Shown: piece after piece, positions 33,084-42,137 of the stretch
Layout: every line of letters begins with the position of its first letter
How positions within the stretch are numbered: position 1 is the first letter of the stretch
The notes under the pieces: model-generated
What the model saw: only the letters and a program-made list of their open reading frames with translations
Told to the model about the DNA's origin: nothing
The model's database searches: none
Position numbers and translations under genes: made by a program
Assembly (NCBI GenBank): GCA_051546255.1
Contig: CP128820.1
Coordinates: forward strand, 558,001-622,000
DNA from: Meyerozyma guilliermondii
Lineage: Eukaryota
Length of the DNA: 64,000 nucleotides
Reading direction: 5' to 3'

Positions 33084-33512
33084 ATGCATAACATTATGGG
33101 GAATTTTTCTGAGAAGGCTCTCAGTTCCAGTAGACTGAATTTGAAAAATAATGACTTTTTTGAAGGCGATGAACCAGAACCAAAGTCTATAGAACAACTT
33201 GTAGAAGGCACAAGAATTTCGTCAAAAGTTCTCGATCTGATGATTTTTCCACGTGGAGATTTCAACACTAAAGATTACAAAATTACCGAGGAGGAAAAAC
33301 CAGGCCAAGGTTTTATGCCCAGCATATACGTTTCTCCTTCGATAATTTTGGAATTTGCTCCTGAGGTAAAACACGAAAACTACAACGCCTTGAACACCGA
33401 TTCGTCTTTTGCACAATTACTGAGCGAGTACATGGCATCCGAACAAAGTATAATGTTATTTCATAGCGATGGCACCATGGAAACGGCAGAGCTTCAGAGC
33501 AGTCATAAATAG
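33084..33512 (+). CDS. Hypothetical acidic protein (142 aa)
   Basis: ATG-initiated ORF that fills the PEX12-NOT3 gap, with TATATAAA at about 33065. No recognisable family. Confidence 0.55.
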   Translation: MHNIMGNFSEKALSSSRLNLKNNDFFEGDEPEPKSIEQLVEGTRISSKVLDLMIFPRGDFNTKDYKITEEEKPGQGFMPSIYVSPSIILEFAPEVKHENYNALNTDSSFAQLLSEYMASEQSIMLFHSDGTMETAELQSSHK

Positions 33513-33542
33513 AATACGTATTATCAGAGACGAGTATTTACT

Positions 33543-35720
33543 TCAACATATACTTTGAGATGGGGCGGTCTGGGACTGGTTGAGGTCGAATCTGAACCCA
33601 AGCTTCACATGGATTTCCCAGAGGTTCAAGTCAAACACTCGGTAGTCACCAAACTCGACTCCATCGTTCTCGGCTGATTGGAGAAGTTTCATACGATTGA
33701 ACCAGTGGTAATAGTGAGCAGGTTCATAATGCTTAGAGTCGAACGGAGATAATCTACCCGGAGTTGGAGTCTCGCTCCGACTGCCGCTGGGGGTGATTTT
33801 GAGCTCCGACAGGGAGGCATAAGGCTTCCATCCAAGCTGGTACAAGCATGACTCAGCAATGACGTTTTCTAGCGGAGTGATTCCGTAATAATAACCATAG
33901 AAGAGAACCATGGTCATCTCATTTACGACGGCAACACTTTCGCCCGGCGGGGATATGTTCTGGATTTGGCGAACATACTGCTCAAAGAGGTCTCCGGCTC
34001 TCAACTGGTTCCATGAAGACAGACACTTTAAGAGCTGGAGCGGCGGTCTTATGTGTTGGTCTGGAGAAAAATCGGGTTCGTGCTGATAGAATGAAGTTTG
34101 AATTATTTTTGGAAGGTATGGTTTTTGAATGGGGCACTTGAACTGGCTGTAGGAACTGGTGCTTCTGAGTAACTTGGCTTCCTCGCGAGAAGGGCTCACG
34201 GATACTTTACGAGTGGTTGTGAACGACAAAATCAAGTCTTGAATACCAGGCGGAAGTCTGATAAGATTAACATCTTGGAACAATGCCGATTCTTCCTTCG
34301 AAAGCGTCGAGTTGTTCAAAACAGGCACATACTTGGAAGCAAAAGCACTTTTCGGTAACGGCGATTGAATGGGGATGTTGACACCACCAGAATGAGCATT
34401 GGAATGTGGCGCTTGTTGCAAAGGCGGCACGGAATGCGGAGGGTTATTGGTAGACGCCGAGGGAGGAGTCGAAGATGCCAGAGAAGAGATTATTCTTGTG
34501 GGAAGTGGAGCCAGTGCTGGAGGCGATGGTGAGCTTTCTGAAGTGTCTTTAACATGGCCGTTGCCCTGGGCACCCAAGGGTCCAGCAGCAGCCGCAGCCC
34601 ACTTGAGAGTGCCGAGTGGTTTCTGTGGGGTTGCTGCCGGCTTGAGTACCTTGATTATTCCGGGACTGGACACATCTGGAGTGGATATCTCGGTATGGTG
34701 CAGCTGCTTTGAGTTGGGTGTGGTGAGAACCTTCGCTGGAGGCGAAGCAGTAGACGCTGACGAGCTGGTTTTGTTATTTTCTGGCTCTCGTTTGTGGTCG
34801 TGCTTGGAGTTTGATTCCTTGGACTTGTGGTCAGATTCCGGCTCGGGACTCTGCTTGGGTGTCACAACGTTCAACTCGGCAAAACTGTCGTTGGCAGCAC
34901 CGGTATTGGCTTGTTCTTGTTCGGCAAGCTCCGACGCCTGCGATGCTTCCTTGAACAATTCGTCATACAAATTTTCATCGTCTACGAAGTCCGGCTCCTG
35001 GTTCGACTCCAAGTAGAAGCTGATGTCGTCTTGGATTGCCATGACCGACTCAGGACTCACTTTTCTGCGCTTGAGTAAGTGCACAATATGCTCGAGTCGC
35101 TCGATGTGAAATGTGTTTTTGTTCATGAAAGACTCAAGCTCTTGTTTTCGTTCCTCAGTGGCAGTATTGGTTTTTCGGGTTTTCTTCTGCGAAAGCTTGT
35201 CGTACTCACCTTCTAATGCCTCGTTCTGTTCGTTCAATTCGTCAACGCTGGCCTCCAAAAACTCCACGGCTTCTGCCGCTTCTGGGGTCAACTGATACTC
35301 GCCCTGTTCGAGCGCCGCTAGCATTATGGACTGGTTGGAGTACGACTTCATTTTTGAGCTCTTTTCCACGTCTTTATAACACTCCATGGCTTCCTCCACC
35401 ATTTTCCGGTGCTCCTGAAGTTTTTGCGGGGCAATCGCCGCTTCGATAGCATCGTTCAGCTGCCACGTTTTGATCTGATCTCGAAACTTCTGCAACTTTT
35501 TGATCTCCTTCTTGAGATCGCCTTCCAATTTTTCTCGCTGGGAGTCGTTGGTGGCTCCCTCATGTCGGGTATAGTAGTAGTTGAAGATTTCACAACCTTC
35601 GTTGATCTTTTTGAAGATCGCATCAACCTCCCTGATGTTAGCAAATCTGTCTTGTGGAACCAAAATAGAGTGTCGTAAAACACTCAATGATACATACTTT
35701 TGAAGTTTACGATGGGCCAT
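33543..35720 (-). CDS. NOT3: CCR4-NOT subunit Not3 (one 66-nt intron)
   Basis: Spliced N-terminus MAHRKLQKEVDAIFKKINEG…QREKLEGDLKKEIKKLQKFRDQIKTW is the Not3/Not5 domain. Divergent NOT-box at the C-terminus. Confidence 0.9.
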   Translation of the reverse strand: MAHRKLQKYVSLSVLRHSILVPQDRFANIREVDAIFKKINEGCEIFNYYYTRHEGATNDSQREKLEGDLKKEIKKLQKFRDQIKTWQLNDAIEAAIAPQKLQEHRKMVEEAMECYKDVEKSSKMKSYSNQSIMLAALEQGEYQLTPEAAEAVEFLEASVDELNEQNEALEGEYDKLSQKKTRKTNTATEERKQELESFMNKNTFHIERLEHIVHLLKRRKVSPESVMAIQDDISFYLESNQEPDFVDDENLYDELFKEASQASELAEQEQANTGAANDSFAELNVVTPKQSPEPESDHKSKESNSKHDHKREPENNKTSSSASTASPPAKVLTTPNSKQLHHTEISTPDVSSPGIIKVLKPAATPQKPLGTLKWAAAAAGPLGAQGNGHVKDTSESSPSPPALAPLPTRIISSLASSTPPSASTNNPPHSVPPLQQAPHSNAHSGGVNIPIQSPLPKSAFASKYVPVLNNSTLSKEESALFQDVNLIRLPPGIQDLILSFTTTRKVSVSPSREEAKLLRSTSSYSQFKCPIQKPYLPKIIQTSFYQHEPDFSPDQHIRPPLQLLKCLSSWNQLRAGDLFEQYVRQIQNISPPGESVAVVNEMTMVLFYGYYYGITPLENVIAESCLYQLGWKPYASLSELKITPSGSRSETPTPGRLSPFDSKHYEPAHYYHWFNRMKLLQSAENDGVEFGDYRVFDLNLWEIHVKLGFRFDLNQSQTAPSQSIC
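35632..35697 (-). other. Spliceosomal intron in NOT3 (66 nt, in frame)
   Basis: AA|GTATGT…TGCTAACATCAG|GGAG. Removal restores the conserved RKLQKEVD. Confidence 0.9.
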
Positions 35721-35865
35721 TGTAAGTCCCCCGGTGACCTTGATGCTTGTTGGAAAATTTTAAGGTGCGAGTTTTGTACAGGTTTCTGTCTGTCGTCAGC
35801 GATACACCATAAGCATTGGTATAAATATACTAGCAAACTTCTAGATTGAACTATAGATACATTGT

Positions 35866-37899
35866 TTACAACTCGTCGTGGTCAAAGTCGTCATCACTGT
35901 CGGCGTCTCCAAATTGGGCACCATCGTCTGGGGCTCCGCCGTACAACTTGGCAGTGATGGGGTTTGCAACATCGATCAACTTTTGCTTCTGCTCTTCAAA
36001 CTCCTCAGAAGTGGCAGTGTCGTAGTTGTCCTCTATGAATTCCAACGTCTCCTTCACGGCGTCGTCCAAGGTTTCCTTGTCCTCGTCGGAAAGTTTAGCT
36101 CCCAACCCGGTTTCGCTCTCATCCTTCAATTGACCCCGCAACAAGTGGGCGTAGTTTTCCAACGAGTTTCTAGACTCGATCTTGGCTTTCACCTCAGCAT
36201 CTTGCTGGGCGTACTTCTCGGCCTCCTCAACCATTCTGTCGATATCCTCCTTGGACAATCTACCCTTGTCGTTGGTGATGGTGATCGACTCGGACTTTCC
36301 TGTTCCCTTGTCCATGGCCTCCACCTTCAAGATACCATTGGCATCCAACGAGAAAGTCACTTCGATTTGTGGTACACCTCTTGGAGCTGGTGGGATTCCG
36401 GTCAACTCAAACTTACCCAACTTGTTGTTGTCCTTAGCCATGGCACGTTCACCCTCGTAGACCTGGATCAACACAGTTGGTTGGTTGTCAGCCGCAGTTG
36501 AGAAGATTTGAGACTTTTTAGTTGGAATAGCGGTGTTTCTGTTGATCAAGGTGGTCATGACACCACCAGTGGTTTCAATACCCAAAGTCAATGGGTTGAC
36601 ATCCAACAACACAATGTCATCGACACCTTCTTCACCACTCAACACACCGGCTTGAACAGCAGCACCATATGCAACGGCTTCATCGGGATTGATACCCTTA
36701 GAAGCCTTCTTTCCGTCAAAGAACTTCTCCAACAATTCTTGAACCTTTGGAATTCTGGTAGAACCACCAACCAAAACGATATCATCAATGTCAGACTTCT
36801 TGACGCCAGCATCCTTCAACACCTGCTCCACAGGTTTCAAAGTTCTCTTGAAAGAGTCGATGTTCAACTCTTCAAACTTAGCTCTAGAAATGGTCTCAGA
36901 GAAGTCGATACCCTCGGCAAACGAGTCGATTTCAACACGAGCGCTCATTTGAGACGACAAAGTTCTCTTAGCCTTTTCAGCCTCCCGCTTCAACTTCGAC
37001 ATAGCCTTAGGGTTGGTGAGCACGTCGATGTTGTGCTTCTTCTTGAATTGTTTGGCCAAGTAACGAACAATCTTAAAGTCAAAGTCCTCTCCTCCCAAGT
37101 GAGTGTCACCGGAGGTGGCCAAAACTTCAAATACACCACCTTCGATCAGCAACAAGGAAACATCGAAAGTTCCTCCACCCAAGTCGTAAACAATGATTTG
37201 CTTTTCCTTGTCAGTCTTGTCCAATCCGTAAGCAATAGCAGCCGCGGTGGGTTCGTTGACAATTCTCAACACATTCAATCCGGCAATGGTACCGGCATCC
37301 TTGGTAGCTTGACGCTGAGCATCGTTAAAGTAAGCTGGAACAGTGACAACTGCATGGGTAACCTTTTTACCCAAGTAGTCTTCAGCAATAGATTTCATCT
37401 TACCTAAGATCATTCCCGAAACTTCTTCAGGACTGAAGGTCTTCTGGTCACCTTGATAATCAACCTTCACTACCGGCTTTCCAGACTTCTTCTCAATTTT
37501 GTAAGGCAAGTGCTTGATTTCACGCTGGACAATCTTATCATCATACTTTAATCCAATCAATCTCTTGATATCAAACACGGTGTTTTCAACATTGGAAGAG
37601 GCTTGATTCTTTGCAGCATCTCCAATTAAACGTTCTTCATCAGTGAAAGCAACATAGGAAGGAGTGATTCTGTTACCTTGTTCGTTGGCAAGAATCTCAA
37701 CCTTGCCTCCCTTCATAACTCCCACACACGAGTATGTGGTACCCAAATCAATGCCGATGACGGTGCCGTAATTTTCGGTATCATTTGAGTCATCAGCAAG
37801 CACTAAACCTCCATTCTTAGAGAACAAAGGCAACATGACCGCCAAAAACACATAGAAGAGCGTAAAGCCCGAAATCCACATCTTGGTAGATTTTCCCAT
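35866..37899 (-). CDS. KAR2: ER Hsp70 chaperone BiP
   Basis: Signal peptide, GIDLGTTYS and other Hsp70 signatures, C-terminal HDEL. Confidence 0.98.
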   Translation of the reverse strand: MGKSTKMWISGFTLFYVFLAVMLPLFSKNGGLVLADDSNDTENYGTVIGIDLGTTYSCVGVMKGGKVEILANEQGNRITPSYVAFTDEERLIGDAAKNQASSNVENTVFDIKRLIGLKYDDKIVQREIKHLPYKIEKKSGKPVVKVDYQGDQKTFSPEEVSGMILGKMKSIAEDYLGKKVTHAVVTVPAYFNDAQRQATKDAGTIAGLNVLRIVNEPTAAAIAYGLDKTDKEKQIIVYDLGGGTFDVSLLLIEGGVFEVLATSGDTHLGGEDFDFKIVRYLAKQFKKKHNIDVLTNPKAMSKLKREAEKAKRTLSSQMSARVEIDSFAEGIDFSETISRAKFEELNIDSFKRTLKPVEQVLKDAGVKKSDIDDIVLVGGSTRIPKVQELLEKFFDGKKASKGINPDEAVAYGAAVQAGVLSGEEGVDDIVLLDVNPLTLGIETTGGVMTTLINRNTAIPTKKSQIFSTAADNQPTVLIQVYEGERAMAKDNNKLGKFELTGIPPAPRGVPQIEVTFSLDANGILKVEAMDKGTGKSESITITNDKGRLSKEDIDRMVEEAEKYAQQDAEVKAKIESRNSLENYAHLLRGQLKDESETGLGAKLSDEDKETLDDAVKETLEFIEDNYDTATSEEFEEQKQKLIDVANPITAKLYGGAPDDGAQFGDADSDDDFDHDEL

Positions 37900-37987
37900 G
37901 GTGACGTGTAGTGAGTGTTAAGACTTCCAGCGCGCAGGTAATTTATAACAGCCTCGACGCACGCCACCAGACACCAGGGTTTGGTGC

Positions 37988-37995
37988 TGACGTGG
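37988..37995. promoter_or_regulatory. UPRE-like bZIP site TGACGTGG upstream of KAR2
   Basis: Read directly about 90 bp upstream of the KAR2 ATG. A minus-strand TATAAA lies at 37942-37947. Confidence 0.6.
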
Positions 37996-38012
37996 CAGTG
38001 GTGTATGGATGT

Positions 38013-38032
38013 AGAACTTTCTGGAAGTTTCG
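38013..38032. promoter_or_regulatory. Perfect 4-unit heat shock element
   Basis: aGAActTTCtgGAAgtTTCg, alternating nGAAn units upstream of KAR2. Confidence 0.85.
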
Positions 38033-38449
38033 GTGCCGTGGTTGCAAACGGCGAAGATTTTGCTGTGGGAAAGTCCTGGCTTTTATATGTGCGGAATGGG
38101 AAGTGATACATCACAAAGTGACTGTTATACACCGAATCTGTAAAGTAACTGCAAACTTTCTGCAAGTTTTGCAACCATATGCGTGAATCATTCAACCATC
38201 CTAATATCCTGGACAACGACGCGACATTCTCATGCATTAACTCCATCAGCTATATTGCGCTTTGAACCCCGGGCCTTAAAGTCACGACTATATAAATGGA
38301 CCCTTCCCCCCCAGTTTGAAAGAATGGCGATCCGGCACATAACCACCGAGATCCACCACCAGTTCCGCGACTGCATATAAGACAACAGTACACCAGATTG
38401 TCGTGCGGGGCCACCCTTCTCCCTACGAGCAACTCCCTTATTACCCACG

Positions 38450-39775
38450 ATGTCGAACCAAAAGTTTGTGACAGACGAGTTGAATCAACTCCAGAAGGAA
38501 ATCATTGCTAAGAATCCCCTTGACGTTTTACAGTTCTGTGCCAATTACTTTAATACTAAGCTTGAGCTCCAAAGATCGCAATTGTGGCCCCAACAATCTA
38601 AGGCTAAAGCAGCAGGAATTAACCTTTTCGCCAACATTGACAACGTAGACGTGCACGTACACGGATCTAGTGGAAATATGACAACGAACGGTCGCCAGCC
38701 CAGTTTCAAGTCGCCGTTCGGTGACAATGACCCTCATCTGCTCCAACATTCCCACGCCGATGAAAGACAAGAAAAGAAACCTTCCTTGTTCAAAGGCGGT
38801 TTTGAAGTGGGCAGTGACGGACCCGCACCTTCTACGGGCACCAATGACCCTCTAGCAGCTGCACCAGCACCAACACATTCCGGTGCAAATGAGCCAGCAT
38901 CCTCTAAAGCCCCCACCAAGATCCCGGTGGCTTTCAATGCCAACCGTAGAGTATCGGTGTCTGCCGAGGCGCTCAATCCCGGAAAGTTCAAGAGCGATTC
39001 GTGGAGACCACCAATTAATAACTTGAGCGCATCTCAGAAAGAGGATTTGGCCAAGACATTGTCCAGTAACTTCTTGTTCCAGCAACTCGATAGCTCTTCT
39101 AAGAAGACGGTGATCGAGGCATTGACAAAAAAGACATTTGTGAAGAATGATGAGATCATTCGCCAAGGCGACGAAGGAGACTTTTTCTATATCGTGGAAC
39201 TGGGAACCGTTGATTTTTTCGTGAATGGTTCCAAGGTCAATTCAAGCAGCGAAGGTGCTTCGTTTGGAGAACTCGCTCTCATGTACAACTCGCCAAGAGC
39301 CGCCACTGTAATTGCTGCATCTGACAATGTCACTTGCTGGGCATTGGATCGTTTGACTTTCCGTCGTATTCTCTTGGAGGGCACATTTAATCGTCGTTTG
39401 ATGTATGAAGACTTCTTGAAAGACGTCAAGGTTCTCAAATCACTCACCAATCAAGAACGCCTGAAATTGGCAGACGCACTCAGCACCGAAATATACCATA
39501 AAGGCGACAAGATCGTCACCCAAGGAGATGTGGGAGAGAATTTCTACTTTATCGAACGCGGTGAATGTGACGTGATAAAAGAAGGTGAGGGAGTGGTTTC
39601 CAAATTGGGCAAGGGTGATTATTTTGGGGAGGTGGCATTATTGAACGACTTACCCCGTCAAGCCACTGTCCAAGCTGTTGATACGGTTGTGGTTGCCACT
39701 TTAGGCAAGCTGGGTTTTACCAGATTATTGGGTCCTGCTGTACAAGTATTGAAGAGTCAGGACCCCACAAAGTAG
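38450..39775 (+). CDS. BCY1: PKA regulatory subunit
   Basis: N-terminal D/D domain, inhibitory RRVSVSAE and two cNMP domains (FGELALMYNSPRAATV, FGEVALLNDLPRQATV). Confidence 0.97.
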   Translation: MSNQKFVTDELNQLQKEIIAKNPLDVLQFCANYFNTKLELQRSQLWPQQSKAKAAGINLFANIDNVDVHVHGSSGNMTTNGRQPSFKSPFGDNDPHLLQHSHADERQEKKPSLFKGGFEVGSDGPAPSTGTNDPLAAAPAPTHSGANEPASSKAPTKIPVAFNANRRVSVSAEALNPGKFKSDSWRPPINNLSASQKEDLAKTLSSNFLFQQLDSSSKKTVIEALTKKTFVKNDEIIRQGDEGDFFYIVELGTVDFFVNGSKVNSSSEGASFGELALMYNSPRAATVIAASDNVTCWALDRLTFRRILLEGTFNRRLMYEDFLKDVKVLKSLTNQERLKLADALSTEIYHKGDKIVTQGDVGENFYFIERGECDVIKEGEGVVSKLGKGDYFGEVALLNDLPRQATVQAVDTVVVATLGKLGFTRLLGPAVQVLKSQDPTK

Positions 39776-39830
39776 TTTTATGGGTCTACGATATTGTCAT
39801 TCTTAATACATAACGTGTATATTACCTATT

Positions 39831-40742
39831 TTATGCAGCCAGATCAAGCTTCATTCGTTTGGAGTTATGATCTGTAATAGTAGTGATGTCCTTGGAAAAG
39901 TCCACTGCACCGTCGGAGCCAACATCATAAAATAATCGATAGAAATGCTCGAGATCTCCGGCGATTGTACTTTTCCATTGATCGTTATTTTCTCGGTCGT
40001 ACACCTCGCTTATGCACAGTGGCCATTCGATACATGAAAGAATGCTGCGGAGGCTGTATCCTGATGCTTCAATCGGAGTTACTTCCCTCGTATTTCCTTC
40101 TGTAGTCATACGTGTCCAGCGGTTGTCACCAAAAAACGCAGCCGCATCAACGGGGTGCATTGCATTTGTAAATGGTGCAGGGTACTCTTTTCCGGCCAAT
40201 TGCTTATTCTTTTTGACCTGGGGAACCGGTGCTGTATCGTTCTCTTGAGTGTAGAAATTCCTCAAAAGCTGAATTGCTTCTGTACGTAAAATACCTCCAA
40301 AACTGGGATAATTTTGCGGCGGAATGTCGTCTCTATTAATAGCAAGAACTGTACCATTACCTCCAAACCGGTCGTTGCCGCAACCGTAAATGACACGTCC
40401 TATTCCGACCTGCTTAAGTGCCGACGCACACATGATGCAAGGTTCAACGGTTACGTATAAAGTAACGTCTGCAAAAAAAGTATGCAAGTAGTCACTATTG
40501 GTTTTTTTGTCTTGCGGGATATGATGACTCATTATATGATCAAGTGCCATGAATTCGGCATGCCGTGTGCCGTTAAGAGACCGGTTTGTATCGTTGTAAC
40601 CGAGGGCTAGTACCTTTCCGGTCGAGGTTTGTGTGAAAATGCAGGCTACGGGTGTTTCGTTGAAAACCATTGCTTTATATGCAATGAACAATGCAATTGC
40701 CATGTATTCGAAATGCACTGTGAGGTCGGGATCCGAATGCAT
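39831..40742 (-). CDS. TAD2: tRNA adenosine-34 deaminase catalytic subunit
   Basis: ETPVAC, NGTRHAEF, EPCIMCASAL and YGCGNDRFGGNG. Likely ATG at 40742, because the ORF-track extension overlaps PPE1. Confidence 0.92.
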   Translation of the reverse strand: MHSDPDLTVHFEYMAIALFIAYKAMVFNETPVACIFTQTSTGKVLALGYNDTNRSLNGTRHAEFMALDHIMSHHIPQDKKTNSDYLHTFFADVTLYVTVEPCIMCASALKQVGIGRVIYGCGNDRFGGNGTVLAINRDDIPPQNYPSFGGILRTEAIQLLRNFYTQENDTAPVPQVKKNKQLAGKEYPAPFTNAMHPVDAAAFFGDNRWTRMTTEGNTREVTPIEASGYSLRSILSCIEWPLCISEVYDRENNDQWKSTIAGDLEHFYRLFYDVGSDGAVDFSKDITTITDHNSKRMKLDLAA

Positions 40743-40858
40743 AATTAGTCTATGAGCAGTAATTTTATATGTGATGCGATGCGATGCGGTGCGGTGCGGA
40801 GTGCGGGGGATGGGGCACGATCCGCACCAAAAATACATCTTTCTGTGCATATTTCTTG

Positions 40859-41980
40859 ATGTCAAATTTACGCAAACTGATTGCGTCTCGTTCAAAGAAC
40901 AATTTGGAAGCGGTTTATGAAGATGGCTCACAGGAGTTGGTAGAGGAAACTACGTCTCTCTCTGTCAACGATGAATCGGATGATAAACTTATGGAGCATT
41001 TTAAACACATCAAGCTGGACACTTTTCCAATAATAGAACAGTATGAACTTCATGAAGCAACATTACAAACATACTACAGACCTCCATCCAAAGAACCTGG
41101 AGCTATACTCGTGTGCCACCATGGAGCTGGGTCGTCTGCGTTGACTTTTTGCCAACTTACTCGCTATTTAATGGAAGAGAAAAGCAACCAGAACCCTTCG
41201 ATTGGAGTTTTTGCATTCGATGCTCGAGGCCATGGGAACTCAATTGCAACTGACAATTACTCTCTTGAAAAAATGACTCTGGATTTTGGTGATATTCTCG
41301 ACCAATTTGTGAAAAAGAACAAAATATCGTCTACTTTATATTTGGTGGGCCATTCTCTCGGAGGCTCAGTTCTCACCAACTACCTTCAAAAAAACCAAAC
41401 GAACCCCCATAATATCAAAGGCTTGGTGATGCTTGATATTGTAGAAGAAACTGCCAATTCTGCTCTTTCAGCAATGCCAATGTTTATTGCCAAAAGACCA
41501 GCCCATTTTGCAACCTATACGGATGCCATCAATTGGCATGTAAAAACCAACAGGTTGCTTCATAATGTCGAGTCGGCTAAAATCAGTGTTCCTGCGCTCT
41601 TGACAAAGTCCAATGACAAACTAGTATGGATAACGGACTTGCAATTAACTGCTCCATACTGGGGTGGATGGTTTACCAACTTGTCTTCCAATTTTATCGA
41701 ATGTGGAAAATCACAAAAATCACAGAAAGTTGCCAAGTTATTGATCTTGGCGGGCCACGAGACACTCGACACCAACCTTATAATTGGTCAAATGCAAGGA
41801 AAATATCAATTGATCGTTTTCAATAATAGTGAAAAAACTGGCCATTTTGTCCATGAAGATATACCCATGCAAGTGGGTCTCAGTCTTATCGACTTCATAA
41901 GACGCAACGACTCGCCCAGCGACTATATGAAGAACGAACTTGGGTTTGTACCGAAGTGGGGGGCCTTCAACAAGGGCTAA
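40859..41980 (+). CDS. PPE1: PP2A carboxyl methylesterase
   Basis: HHGAGSSALTF, GHSLGGSV, LDIVEE, IIGQMQGKYQL and GHFVHED. ATG at 40859. Confidence 0.93.
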   Translation: MSNLRKLIASRSKNNLEAVYEDGSQELVEETTSLSVNDESDDKLMEHFKHIKLDTFPIIEQYELHEATLQTYYRPPSKEPGAILVCHHGAGSSALTFCQLTRYLMEEKSNQNPSIGVFAFDARGHGNSIATDNYSLEKMTLDFGDILDQFVKKNKISSTLYLVGHSLGGSVLTNYLQKNQTNPHNIKGLVMLDIVEETANSALSAMPMFIAKRPAHFATYTDAINWHVKTNRLLHNVESAKISVPALLTKSNDKLVWITDLQLTAPYWGGWFTNLSSNFIECGKSQKSQKVAKLLILAGHETLDTNLIIGQMQGKYQLIVFNNSEKTGHFVHEDIPMQVGLSLIDFIRRNDSPSDYMKNELGFVPKWGAFNKG

Positions 41981-42137
41981 CTCGTTTAGTCAATGAGAAA
42001 GAGAATTCAGAAATCAAAATTAACTGGAAACCAAAATTAGTAGGAAACCAAAATTTAGCGTCCACTTTATCAAGTCAATTTCTGTTAGTCATTGTCTGTC
42101 GAGTATTGTCTGTTGATCTGGCCTCCTAGTCACTTCC

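Noticed and set aside
35878..37407. Long antisense ORFs (207 and 299 aa) opposite KAR2
   Set aside because: Known by-product of strong codon bias in Hsp70 genes; non-ATG starts and no independent motifs.
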